A stretch of DNA of 63,891 bases, filler included, from Sandaracinaceae bacterium (GTDB lineage Bacteria > Myxococcota_A > Polyangia > Polyangiales > JADJQN01): NCBI GenBank assembly GCA_947483975.1. It is 4 parts of 4 records of this genome, joined end to end, with 100 filler letters (N's around TTAATTAATTAA, not from the genome) between each part and the next. Parts side by side here need not be neighbours in the genome. Positions count along the whole stretch, not along the records: positions 1 to 17,973 come from CANKOL010000067.1; positions 18,074 to 36,027 come from CANKOL010000068.1; 2 more parts are not named here. One strand, 5' to 3'. Under the pieces are notes generated by a model that did not search any database, was not told where the DNA came from, and saw only the letters and a program-made list of their open reading frames with translations. How positions within the stretch are numbered: position 1 is the stretch's first letter; each line of letters opens with the position of its first letter. A program made the translations under genes and the position numbers. Below, piece after piece: positions 9,361 to 18,622 of the stretch.

Positions 9361-10113
9361 ATGCATCGCTCCCTCGGCCTCATGGCCCTTCTGCTGCTCG
9401 CCGCCTGCGCCGACTCGCCCGCGCCCGCGACGCCTCCGCTGCTCGACCCGACGCTCCCGCACAATGGTGGGACGTACGCGGATTGGGGCGGACGCTGGTG
9501 GGCTTGGACGCTCGGCCTGCCTGCGTCCCAGGCGCCGTACGCTGTGGATACCTGCACGACCGCCGGGCAGCCGACGGAGCCCGTGTTCTTCCTGGCGGGA
9601 ACAGGGGGAATGGGCGCCGCGACGCGAAGCTGCACGATCCCCCCTGGACGGGCCCTGTTCTTCCCGCTCGTGAACGGCACCACGTGGGCGTGCTGGGAAG
9701 GGGAGCCCGGCGGCGGCGGGGGCTGCCCCGAGAACTCAGAGGCGACGCTGCGCTCGCAGCTCGAGGCGACCTGGTCGGAGCTACCCAGCACGGTGCGCGT
9801 CGTGCTGGATGGGGTCAACGTCGACCTCGGAGCGATCGCGGACCTGCGCGGCGCCAGCGGTCGTATTGACTTCGCCGGGCCGGCGACGCCCGATGCCCCG
9901 GCCGACAACTACTGCATGACTCCCCTGCCCGACGTGGCGGCGGCGTGCGGTGAGACCGTCGGCGCTCCCCGGTGGCTGCTCAGCGACGGCTACTGGGCGA
10001 TGCTGCGCCCGCTCTCGCCGGGGGCCCACACGCTCCGCATCTACGGCGCGACGCACGCCGGTGCGCCCGACGAGTTCGTCGTCGACGTCACCTACGACCT
10101 CGACGTGCAGTGA
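9361..10113 (+). CDS. Conserved secreted lipoprotein of unknown function
   Basis: Lipobox LAAC; motifs YADWGGRWWAW, PVFFLAG, RSCTIPPGRALFFP, SDGYWAMLRPLSPGAHTL, which I recognise from a widespread uncharacterised secreted family. Confidence 0.75.
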   Translation: MHRSLGLMALLLLAACADSPAPATPPLLDPTLPHNGGTYADWGGRWWAWTLGLPASQAPYAVDTCTTAGQPTEPVFFLAGTGGMGAATRSCTIPPGRALFFPLVNGTTWACWEGEPGGGGGCPENSEATLRSQLEATWSELPSTVRVVLDGVNVDLGAIADLRGASGRIDFAGPATPDAPADNYCMTPLPDVAAACGETVGAPRWLLSDGYWAMLRPLSPGAHTLRIYGATHAGAPDEFVVDVTYDLDVQ

Positions 10114-12503
10114 GCCCCGGGCGGGCGCGCCTTTGGCTGGTGCTCTGCGGGCTCGCGCAGGTGAGTTGTTCCGTCGCGCTGCCGTACCCCGAGGTCCTCG
10201 CGGAGGTGAACTGCCACGACGGCGTCGACGACGACCAAGACGGGCTGGTCGACTGCCTCGACGGCGAGTGTCGAGCGCAGTGCTTCGAGTCGAGCCTTGA
10301 GACGTGCAGCGACGGCCTCGACAACGACGCTGACGGCGTCGTCGATGGGGCCGACCCGCAGTGCTGGGCGACGGCCCCGCCGCACACGAGGCGCTGCGTG
10401 GAGCGCCGCCCGGTCGCGTTCGTGGAGACGTTCGGCACGCGGGCCATGCCGGGCTGGTCGAGCGCGCTGCCGATCGACGAGTCCGTCGTCGTCGAGCCCA
10501 ACGGGAACCGCGCGCTCTCGCTCGTCGATGCCTCGCATGGCCGCGGACGGTCGCTGTTTGCGCCGGCTGGTGCCGGACCATTCTCCCTGTCGTTCCACCT
10601 GATGCTGCCGGCGGGGGTGGAGTTCCGGGTCGCGCTCGTCGACCCAGCGCAGGCCGTCCCGGGGCTGCCTGTCCCGCGCGGCGCTGGCTACTCGTATGTA
10701 GAACTGTCGCGAGTTGGCGGCGTCATCGACGTGCACTCCCTGCTGAGTGACACCACCATCAGCGGGCGGATCGAGACAGCCGCTGCGGGCTTGACGGTCG
10801 CGGTTCGTGGGAACGGACGACCAGAGAGGCTCGACGTGACCCCAGACGGCGAGGCGACCGTCCGCCTCGCGCACCTGCCGTACTCGTTGCTCAACGACGC
10901 TGCGGTGCAGGTGGCCTTCGGGATCGACTCCGCGGTGCCTGGCGCTATCCCCCTCCTCGACGACGTGCGAGTCGTGTTCGACGAACCGCAACAGTGCGAC
11001 GCGTCGACCCCACGCGCCGTCTCCTGCGCTCCGACGCAGGCGCGCGTGCTAGCCACTGTCGCGCTCGCCTCCGGCGACCGCTGTGTGGCCGTCGTCGGAG
11101 CGTCGACCCTCGACGTCTGGCGGAGCGCGAACGGCCGACAGTATGAGCTGGCTGGCAGCGTTCCCATCGACGCGAGCGAGCCGCTGTCGCGCGCGTCGCT
11201 CGCCGCGAGCGGGGCCGGGGCCGACCTCGCGTTCACGACGCTCGGCGCGAGCCCACGGCTCCGCGTCAGCGCACTCGACGCGACGTGTGGAGTTGTGGAC
11301 ACGCGCGTGGATGTGCGGCTCGAGCGACTCGCCCTCGTCACGGTCACGGGGAGCCACTTCGACCTCGCCCTGTGGAGGCGCGAGCCGGAACGGAGCGTGG
11401 CGTACCTCTTCGCCCCGTCAGTGTCGGGAGTCGGTCAATTGCGGCGACTCGTGGAGGTCGGGGGCGAGGTCTCCGTCGACACCGCGTTCGCTGGCCTCAT
11501 CCCCAGCCTGATCAGCCCTGTTTCGTTCGTCCCCGTCGGCCGACGCGACATCGTCATCGTCGGACGCGACCTCCGAGGCGACGCACCAGGCATCATCGCG
11601 CGCACGGTTCCCGAGCGAGAGACGTCCTCCGGACCCGCGCTCGACTGGCTCGCGACCACGAACACGCCGTTCATCCCGCTGCTCGAGGACCCGACCCTGT
11701 CCTCGAGCGCAGACCGAGGGGCGCTCGATGGGTTCTCGTTCGACGGCGAGTCCGTCGGCGGTGGCGTGGTGGTCTACTCGAGCCTCGACGCACACGCCGA
11801 GAGCCACGCGTTCGTCGGTTGCCTCGAGTACACGATCGGCGGACTGCCGAGCGGATTTTGCGAACAATTCAAGCAACCGACCATCGTCACTCCCGCTCTC
11901 GACCGCGCGTGCAACGAGTGGGAGTCGTGCGCGAGCGCGCCCGCCGACTGCGGCGCCTGCGTCGGCGAGGTGCTCGACGACGACCTGCTCGCGAGCACCG
12001 CGTGGTCCACGGGTTCGGCCGGCCCCCGCCTCGTCGCGTCGGCCCACAGCACCGCGGTCGACCTCGACGCCGTCCGACGGCCGATGCTCGCGTGGGAGCT
12101 CGGCTCACCCGGCGAAGCGCGGCTTCCGTTGCCCGCGCACGCGCTCGCGAGCTTCGACTCGCGCGCCACCGTTGCGCAGGCCGACGACTGTGAGGTCTCG
12201 CTCGTCGTCGAGCACGAGCGCGGCGACGTCGCCGCGACGTGGCGGTTCGACGCCGGGGTCGCGACGTTGGGGCTGGACGGCGCCGCGGCGACGCCACGCA
12301 TCGCGTTTCGTCCGGGCGAACGTGAGCGCATCATCGTGACCTCTGAGGCGAGCACCACCCGCTTGACGCTCGCGCGACCCGACGGCTGCGACGCCTCCAC
12401 GGAGTCGACGCACGCCGACCTTGGCGCCGTCGTCGCGGTGCGCGTTCGGGACGATGGTCGATGCGTCGGCGCCATCGACCTGATGACGCTCTCGGCGCGC
12501 TGA
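10110..12503 (+). CDS. Large Cys/Asp-rich lipoprotein with putative metal-binding (MopE-like) repeats
   Basis: GTGA overlap with the upstream gene; signal peptide plus Cys; repeats CHDGVDDDQDGLVDCLDGEC and CSDGLDNDADGVVDGADPQC; ESCASAPADCGAC. Confidence 0.7.
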   Translation: MSPGRARLWLVLCGLAQVSCSVALPYPEVLAEVNCHDGVDDDQDGLVDCLDGECRAQCFESSLETCSDGLDNDADGVVDGADPQCWATAPPHTRRCVERRPVAFVETFGTRAMPGWSSALPIDESVVVEPNGNRALSLVDASHGRGRSLFAPAGAGPFSLSFHLMLPAGVEFRVALVDPAQAVPGLPVPRGAGYSYVELSRVGGVIDVHSLLSDTTISGRIETAAAGLTVAVRGNGRPERLDVTPDGEATVRLAHLPYSLLNDAAVQVAFGIDSAVPGAIPLLDDVRVVFDEPQQCDASTPRAVSCAPTQARVLATVALASGDRCVAVVGASTLDVWRSANGRQYELAGSVPIDASEPLSRASLAASGAGADLAFTTLGASPRLRVSALDATCGVVDTRVDVRLERLALVTVTGSHFDLALWRREPERSVAYLFAPSVSGVGQLRRLVEVGGEVSVDTAFAGLIPSLISPVSFVPVGRRDIVIVGRDLRGDAPGIIARTVPERETSSGPALDWLATTNTPFIPLLEDPTLSSSADRGALDGFSFDGESVGGGVVVYSSLDAHAESHAFVGCLEYTIGGLPSGFCEQFKQPTIVTPALDRACNEWESCASAPADCGACVGEVLDDDLLASTAWSTGSAGPRLVASAHSTAVDLDAVRRPMLAWELGSPGEARLPLPAHALASFDSRATVAQADDCEVSLVVEHERGDVAATWRFDAGVATLGLDGAAATPRIAFRPGERERIIVTSEASTTRLTLARPDGCDASTESTHADLGAVVAVRVRDDGRCVGAIDLMTLSAR

Positions 12504-12658
12504 CCCCGGGCGCATCTTCCCCTTCGGCGCCTCCGCGCTCCTCGAGCCCGGCTCGACACGCCGATCCGCCAGCCAAACGAGGATGACCGACCGCTGAAGC
12601 GTCTGACCCATGGACGGGGACGGGCGACGTCCCTAGGTATGTCTCCCACGGCAAAGAC

Positions 12659-14509
12659 ATGAGCGAAGCCTCCCCCACCTCCTCCGAGTCCCAGTCAGCC
12701 AACCGCCCGCGCGTGAACGACGTGACCATCAGCGTCGCGACCTCGAACGGCACCGGCAGCCAGTCGGCGAACCTCATCCTGATGCGGTCGATCTTCAACA
12801 TGGGGATCCCGGTCGGGGCGAAGAACATGTTCCCGTCCAACATCCAGGGACTGCCGACTTGGTTCACCGTGCGCGCCAGCGCGGCCGGTTGGTCGGGGAG
12901 GCGGCGGCTGATCGACCTCTGCGTGGCGATGAACGAGGAGTCGGTCGTCGACGACATCGCGCAGCTTCCGCCCGGTGCGACGCTGGTCCTCCACAAGTCG
13001 CTCGAGAAGTACGCGCAGCGCACCGACTTGGTGGTGCACGTGGTGCCCTTCGACGACCTCGTGAGCGGGCTGGTCAAGGAACCCAAGCTCAGCAAGCTGG
13101 TGGTCAACATGATCTACGTGGGCGTCGTCGCTCACCTGTTCGCCATCGACATGAAGGAAGTCGAGCGCGCGATTCAGCGGCAGTTCTCGAAGAAGGCGAG
13201 CGCCGCGAAGATCAACCTCGACGCGGCCACCGTCGGGCACGTTTGGGCCGAGGCGAACCTGCCGCAGAGCGCCACACACCGCCTCGAGCGGATGAGCGCG
13301 ACCGACGGCAAGATCATCATCGAGGGCAACCAAGCGACCGCGCTCGGCCTGGTCTTCGGCGGGATGACGGTCCTCGGCTGGTATCCGATCACCCCGAGCT
13401 CGAGCGTCGCCGAGGTGACGATCGACTACCTCAGCAAGTACCGCAAGGACCCGGAGACGGGGAAGCCGACCTACGCGGTGATTCAGGCCGAGGACGAGCT
13501 CGCCTCGATGGCCATCGTCGTCGGCGCAGGCTGGGCAGGCGCGCGCGCGGCGACGGCGACGAGCGGCCCGGGAATCTCGCTGATGAGCGAGCTCGTGGGC
13601 CTCGCCTACTTCGCCGAGATCCCCGCGGTGATCGTCGACGTGCAGCGGATGGGCCCGAGCACCGGCCTGCCCACGCGGGTCAGTCAGGGCGATATCTTCT
13701 CCGCCTACCACCTCTCGCACGGCGACGGGAAACACCCGCTGCTGCTCCCCGGCAACGTCCGCGAGTGCTTCGAGTTCGCCGCAGAGTCCCTCGATCTCGC
13801 CGAGCGGCTTCAGACCGTGATCTTCGTGATGCTCGATCTCGACCTCGGGATGAACCTCTGGTCGAGCGACCCCTTCGAGCCGATCGCGAAGCCCATCGAT
13901 CGCGGCAAGGTGCTCGACGAGGCGCAGCTCGCGAAGGTCGGGAGCTTCGCCCGCTACAAGGACGTCGACGGCGACGGCATCCCGTACCGCACGATCCCCG
14001 GGAACCCGCACCCGCTCGCGGCTTACTTCACGCGCGGAACGGGCCACACGGAGGCCGCGACCTACAGCGAGAAGGCCCAGGACTGGAAGGGCAACCTCGA
14101 CCGGCTGACTCGCAAGTTCGACACGGCCCGCACCCTGATGCCGAGGCCGGTGCTGAAGGCCGCGACGCCTGGGCAGGTCGCGGAGATCGGCGTCATCGCG
14201 TTCGGCTCGAGCGACCCGGCCGTCGAGGAGTCGCGCGCGGAGCTGGCGAGTCAGGGCATGGCGATCGACTACCTGCGCCTGCGCGCGCTGCCCATCGACC
14301 GGGAGGTGCGCGAGTTCATCGAGGCGCACCGCGTCGTCTACGTGGTCGAGCAGAACCGCGACGCGCAGCTCGCGTCGATCCTCAAGGCGGAGCTGCCGGA
14401 GCGCGCCACCGCCCTCCGCAGCGTGCTCCTCTACAGCGGGCTGCCCGCCGACGCGCAGTCCGTGACCGAAGACATCGTCCGTCAGGAGTCGAAGGAAGGT
14501 CGAGCATGA
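12659..14509 (+). CDS. korA: 2-oxoacid:ferredoxin oxidoreductase alpha subunit (gamma-alpha fused)
   Basis: NGTGSQSAN, WYPITPSS, QAEDELAS, ATSGPGISLM, QRMGPSTGLPT, VVEQN. Substrate specificity cannot be determined. Confidence 0.9.
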   Translation: MSEASPTSSESQSANRPRVNDVTISVATSNGTGSQSANLILMRSIFNMGIPVGAKNMFPSNIQGLPTWFTVRASAAGWSGRRRLIDLCVAMNEESVVDDIAQLPPGATLVLHKSLEKYAQRTDLVVHVVPFDDLVSGLVKEPKLSKLVVNMIYVGVVAHLFAIDMKEVERAIQRQFSKKASAAKINLDAATVGHVWAEANLPQSATHRLERMSATDGKIIIEGNQATALGLVFGGMTVLGWYPITPSSSVAEVTIDYLSKYRKDPETGKPTYAVIQAEDELASMAIVVGAGWAGARAATATSGPGISLMSELVGLAYFAEIPAVIVDVQRMGPSTGLPTRVSQGDIFSAYHLSHGDGKHPLLLPGNVRECFEFAAESLDLAERLQTVIFVMLDLDLGMNLWSSDPFEPIAKPIDRGKVLDEAQLAKVGSFARYKDVDGDGIPYRTIPGNPHPLAAYFTRGTGHTEAATYSEKAQDWKGNLDRLTRKFDTARTLMPRPVLKAATPGQVAEIGVIAFGSSDPAVEESRAELASQGMAIDYLRLRALPIDREVREFIEAHRVVYVVEQNRDAQLASILKAELPERATALRSVLLYSGLPADAQSVTEDIVRQESKEGRA

Positions 14510-15573
14510 GCCACGAAGCAGCAGCACCCCCGGCGGCCCCGAAGCCGACCAAGGCACCCGCGCTCAACCGCCTCAGCCTCGACCTGAAGGCATACAAGGG
14601 CGCGAACTCCACGCTCTGCAGCGGCTGCGGTCACGACTCGATCACAAACGCGATCATCAGGAGCTTCTTCGAGTACGGCGTCGAGCCGCATCGCGTCGCG
14701 AAGCTGAGCGGCATCGGCTGCTCTTCGAAGACCACCGCGTACTTCCTGAGCCGCTCGCACGGGTTCAACTCGGTGCACGGCCGCATGGCCGCGGTGGCGA
14801 CCGGCTCGAACATGGCCAACCACACGCTCCTCAACATCGGCGTGAGCGGGGACGGCGACACCGCGTCCATCGGACTCGGCCACTTCCTGCACATGGTCAG
14901 GCGCAATCCGCAGCTCGTGTACCTCGTCGAGAACAACGGCTGCTACGGGCTGACCAAGGGGCAGTTCTCCGCCACGGCGGACAAAGGCTCTCTGCAGAAG
15001 GGCGGCGCGGTCAACCGCATGGACCCGATCGACATCTGCGCGCTCGCGATCGAGATGGGCTGCGGCTTCGTCGCGCGCTCGTTCTCGGGCGACGCCAAGC
15101 AGCTGAACCAGCTGCTGAAGGCCGCGATCGCCCACAAGGGCACGGCGCTGATCGACGTCGTCTCGCCGTGCGTGACGTTCAACAACCACGAGGGCTCGAC
15201 CAAGAGCTACCCCTACGCCAGGGCGCACGAGGAGCTCATCCACGAGGTCGGCTTCGTGCCGTTCTTCGAGGAGATCTCCGTCGACTACGACGCCGGAACG
15301 ACCCAGGTGGTCGAGCTCCACGACCACTCCAAGGTCGTGCTCAAGAAGCTCGAGCGCGACTACGACCCGACCAACCGACGACAGGCGCTGGAGCTCCTCA
15401 GCCACGCGCAGGAGAATCAGCTCTTCCTGACCGGGCTCGTCTACCTCGATCCGTCGATGCCCTCGATGGCTGAGCAGCTCGACCTCGGCTCCGAGCCGCT
15501 CGCGACGCTGCCCGCCGAGAAGCTCCGCCCGTCGCCGACGGCGCTCGCGGAGATCATGGAGACGTTCAAGTAG
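14506..15573 (+). CDS. korB: 2-oxoacid:ferredoxin oxidoreductase beta subunit
   Basis: ATGA overlap with alpha; LCSGCGH, SGIGCSSK, VHGRM, GDGD TPP-binding motif, YGLTKGQFS, SPCVTFN. Confidence 0.9.
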   Translation: MSHEAAAPPAAPKPTKAPALNRLSLDLKAYKGANSTLCSGCGHDSITNAIIRSFFEYGVEPHRVAKLSGIGCSSKTTAYFLSRSHGFNSVHGRMAAVATGSNMANHTLLNIGVSGDGDTASIGLGHFLHMVRRNPQLVYLVENNGCYGLTKGQFSATADKGSLQKGGAVNRMDPIDICALAIEMGCGFVARSFSGDAKQLNQLLKAAIAHKGTALIDVVSPCVTFNNHEGSTKSYPYARAHEELIHEVGFVPFFEEISVDYDAGTTQVVELHDHSKVVLKKLERDYDPTNRRQALELLSHAQENQLFLTGLVYLDPSMPSMAEQLDLGSEPLATLPAEKLRPSPTALAEIMETFK

Positions 15574-15603
15574 GCGGGGCGTCGCGCACCGTCCGACACG
15601 CCG

Positions 15604-15633
15604 GCTGGCGGGCGCGCAGGACCGCCCGCTGGC
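15604..15633. terminator. GC-rich hairpin between convergent genes (possible bidirectional terminator)
   Basis: GCTGGCGGGCG-N8-CGCCCGCTGGC stem (11 bp with G-U pairs) between korB and the kinase stop; no U-tract. Confidence 0.35.
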
Positions 15634-15650
15634 TCGAACCGCGCGGCGTT

Positions 15651-17738
15651 TCAGCGGACTCGTTCGCCGTCCAACGCTTGCCGGACCATCGCCGCCAGCG
15701 CCTCCTTCGAGAAGGGTTTCTGGAGGAAGTGGACGCCCTCGGCCAGGATGCCGTGGTGTGCGATGACGTCGGCGGTGTGGCCGGACATGAACAGGCGCTT
15801 GAGCCCTGGATAGAGTGACAAGAGGTTCTCCGCCAGGTCGCGCCCGTTCATCTCGGGCATGACGACGTCGGTCACCAGCAGCTGCACCTCGCCAGCGTGT
15901 TCCTTCGCCAAGCGCATCGCCTCGCCCGGGGTGCCCGCGGACAGCACGACGTAGCCCAGCTGCTCGAGCATTCGCTTCGACACCTTCAGGACGGCCGTCG
16001 CGTCCTCGACGAGCAGGACCGTCTCGTGGCCGCGGACCGGCGGCACCGACACCTCCTCCATTCGAGCGGGCAGCGGCGTGGTCTGATGGCGCGGCAGGTA
16101 GATCTTGAACGTCGTCCCGCGTCCTGGCTCGCTGTCGACCTCGATGGAGCCGTGGTTCTGCTTGACGATCCCGTAGACGGTCGCGAGGCCTAGCCCCGTT
16201 CCTTTGCCCATCACCTTCGTCGTGAAGAACGGCTCGAAGAGGCGCATTCGCGTCTCTTCGTCCATGCCACGGCCGTCGTCGCTGATGGTGAGTCGCACGT
16301 AGTCGCCCGGGATGGACTCCGCGTGCGCAGCGCAGTAGTCGTCGTCGAGGTTCACGTTGGCGGTCTCGATGGTCAGCGTGCCGACGCCCGAGATCGCGTC
16401 GCGCGCGTTGACGCACAGGTTGGTGATGATCTGATCGACCTGCGAGGGATCCACCCTGACCGGCCAGAGGTCTCGACCCGGCAGCGAGGTGAGCTGGAGG
16501 TCGTCGCCGATCAGCCGTCGCAGCATCGTGAGAATCCCCGCCATGGCGGCGTTCAAGTCGAGCACCTTCGGCGTGACGGTCTGCTTGCGGGCAAACGCCA
16601 ACAGCTGCCGGGTGAGGTCTGCCGAGCGAAGGGCAGCCGAGCGGATCTCCTCCAGATCTTCGCGCCATGGCACGGTCGGGCCGACCTGCGCGAGCGCGAA
16701 CTCGACGTTCCCGAGGATCACGCCGAGCATGTTGTTGAAGTCGTGCGCGACCCCGCCCGCCAACCGGCCCACGGACTCCATCTTCTGCGCCTGTCGTAGC
16801 TCGAGCTCGAGTCGCGCCTTCTCCGCGGCAGCGCCCTTTCGGTCGGTGACGTCCTGATTGACACCCACCGCCGTCAGCGGCCCTCCGGCGACGACGTGGA
16901 GCAACTGGCCGAGCCAGCGGATCCACCGAACGTCTCCGTCTGCTCGGAGCACCCGAAAGTCCATCTCGAAGACCTCGAGGCTGCTCCTTCCGCGATCGAG
17001 CGCCGCTCTCACCGTGGGAAGGTCCTCAGGGTGGGTGTGCGCCCAGCAGTAGGCGGCGAAATCCCCCTCGAACCCAGGTGGAATGCCCCATATTTCGGCC
17101 AGCTCGTCGGTCCAATGGCCGCGGCCGGTTGCCAGGTCCACTTCAAACGCGCCGATCCGGCCAATCTGAAGCGCGAGCCGCCGGATTCGCTCGCTATCCT
17201 GCACCTCGGCCTCGACCCGCTTCCGGTCGGTGATGTCCGCGAAGGTGACCAACACCTGCTCGACCTGTCCGTCCGGGTCGAGCTTCGGATCGGCGTTGAC
17301 CAGCAGCCACGCTCGGTCTTGTGCAGTCGGGCGATGGACGCCCATCACGACCCCTCGCACAGGTCGGCGCGTCGCCAGCGCCTGAACGGACGGATGCGTC
17401 GGACCTGGAAAGGCGGTCCCGTCCTCGTGGATCACATCCCAGGACGGGTCGAAGGACGTCTTCCCGAGTAGTTGATCTTCGGAGAGCCCGAGTAGCTCCA
17501 AAGCCTTCGCATTGCTCAACAGGATCTCGGCATTGGGGCCGTGGATCACGACGCCGATCGGGAGGTCTTCGGTGAGGACCCGATAGCGCTCCTCGCTCAA
17601 GCGGAGCGCTCGCTCAGTCTGGCGTTGGTGGTCGGCGTGCTCGTCGACGCGCCGCCTCAGCGCGGCATTCTCGGCCCGCGCCTCCTGCAGCTCGGCGGTC
17701 AGCGAGGCGGACGCCTCTTCGCTCTCGGTCGACGCCAT
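15651..17738 (-). CDS. Cytoplasmic hybrid histidine kinase (PAS-PAS-HisKA-HATPase-REC)
   Basis: [22 protein letters not shown]-box, [29 protein letters not shown]-terminal receiver (LLVED, TDVVMP, KPF); start MASTESEE. Confidence 0.93.
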   Translation of the reverse strand: MASTESEEASASLTAELQEARAENAALRRRVDEHADHQRQTERALRLSEERYRVLTEDLPIGVVIHGPNAEILLSNAKALELLGLSEDQLLGKTSFDPSWDVIHEDGTAFPGPTHPSVQALATRRPVRGVVMGVHRPTAQDRAWLLVNADPKLDPDGQVEQVLVTFADITDRKRVEAEVQDSERIRRLALQIGRIGAFEVDLATGRGHWTDELAEIWGIPPGFEGDFAAYCWAHTHPEDLPTVRAALDRGRSSLEVFEMDFRVLRADGDVRWIRWLGQLLHVVAGGPLTAVGVNQDVTDRKGAAAEKARLELELRQAQKMESVGRLAGGVAHDFNNMLGVILGNVEFALAQVGPTVPWREDLEEIRSAALRSADLTRQLLAFARKQTVTPKVLDLNAAMAGILTMLRRLIGDDLQLTSLPGRDLWPVRVDPSQVDQIITNLCVNARDAISGVGTLTIETANVNLDDDYCAAHAESIPGDYVRLTISDDGRGMDEETRMRLFEPFFTTKVMGKGTGLGLATVYGIVKQNHGSIEVDSEPGRGTTFKIYLPRHQTTPLPARMEEVSVPPVRGHETVLLVEDATAVLKVSKRMLEQLGYVVLSAGTPGEAMRLAKEHAGEVQLLVTDVVMPEMNGRDLAENLLSLYPGLKRLFMSGHTADVIAHHGILAEGVHFLQKPFSKEALAAMVRQALDGERVR

Positions 17739-17973
17739 GCGGGGGGTCCTCGGGCTTGGAAGCAGGCAGGAGGGTGATGCTAAACTGAGGGCCGCCTCAC
17801 GTCTACGGCGGTGGTGAGCGCGAGCAGGGCGATCGCAAAGTCCCGGCGGCCCGCCGGGAGCCAGCCGTGCGTCGCGGAAGCGGCCTGACCGGGCCCATCG
17901 CATCGCCAGGCCGACGGTATCGGGCTTCGAGCGGGTCGATCTCGATTGACGGCAGATCGCGAGGGTGATCCAA

Positions 17974-18073
17974 NNNNNNNNNNNNNNNNNNNNNNNNNNN
18001 NNNNNNNNNNNNNNNNNTTAATTAATTAANNNNNNNNNNNNNNNNNNNNNNNNNNNNNNNNNNNNNNNNNNNN
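17974..18073. other. Artificial contig linker
   Basis: N-run + TTAATTAATTAA (stops in all six frames) + N-run, 100 nt. Confidence 0.97.
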
Positions 18074-18622
18074 CACGGCGAGCAGCAAGACCTTGCGCGC
18101 GGGATCGTCCGTGTCGCGCAGCGCCGCGGTCGCGTGCGCGACGACGTAGCCGCGCTCGGCGTACGCGCCCTCGATGCGCCGCGTGAGCTCGCCGAGCTGC
18201 TCGGGGCGCACCTCGCCGCCCTCGCTGACCTGCGCGGCGCGCAGCATCTCCTCGTCGTCGAGCACCTCGTTCCCCGAGACCTCCACGCGCAGCACGAGCA
18301 GCCGCGGCACGAGCGTGACGATCAGCCGCACGCCGCCCTCGGCGGGCTCGACCTCGAGCTGCACGTCGGCGTAGCGCTGCGAGCCGAGCAGCCGCTCCGT
18401 CGTCGCGCGCAGCAGCCTGCGCGTCAGCCGCGCGCCGAGCGCCACGCCGATCTCGTACGGCGTCACCGTGCCCGCCGTCTCGCCCGCGACCTCCACCGCC
18501 ACGATCGGCAGCTCACGGAGCTCGAGCGGCACGTCCGCGCGCGCCGCCGAGAGCCCTCCGAGCGCAGCTACCGCGCCGAGGAGCGCGAGCACCAGCCACA
18601 GCGTGCGAGCGGCGCGCCTCAT
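18074..18622 (-). CDS. BamA/TamA-family POTRA-domain protein, N-terminal part (truncated by contig end)
   Basis: Signal peptide MRRAARTLWLVLALLGAVAALGGLSAARA; POTRA pattern VEVSGNEVL...YAERGY; ATGA-coupled to tamB. Confidence 0.8.

Noticed and set aside
12859..14505. Apparent 549-aa N-terminal extension of the oxidoreductase beta subunit
   Set aside because: Overlaps korA in another frame; the real start is ATG 14506 with an ATGA overlap.
17974..18073. TTAATTAATTAA within N-runs, repeated three times (also 36028-36127 and 53479-53578)
   Set aside because: Six-frame-stop assembly linker, not biological; adjacency across it is not evidence of linkage.
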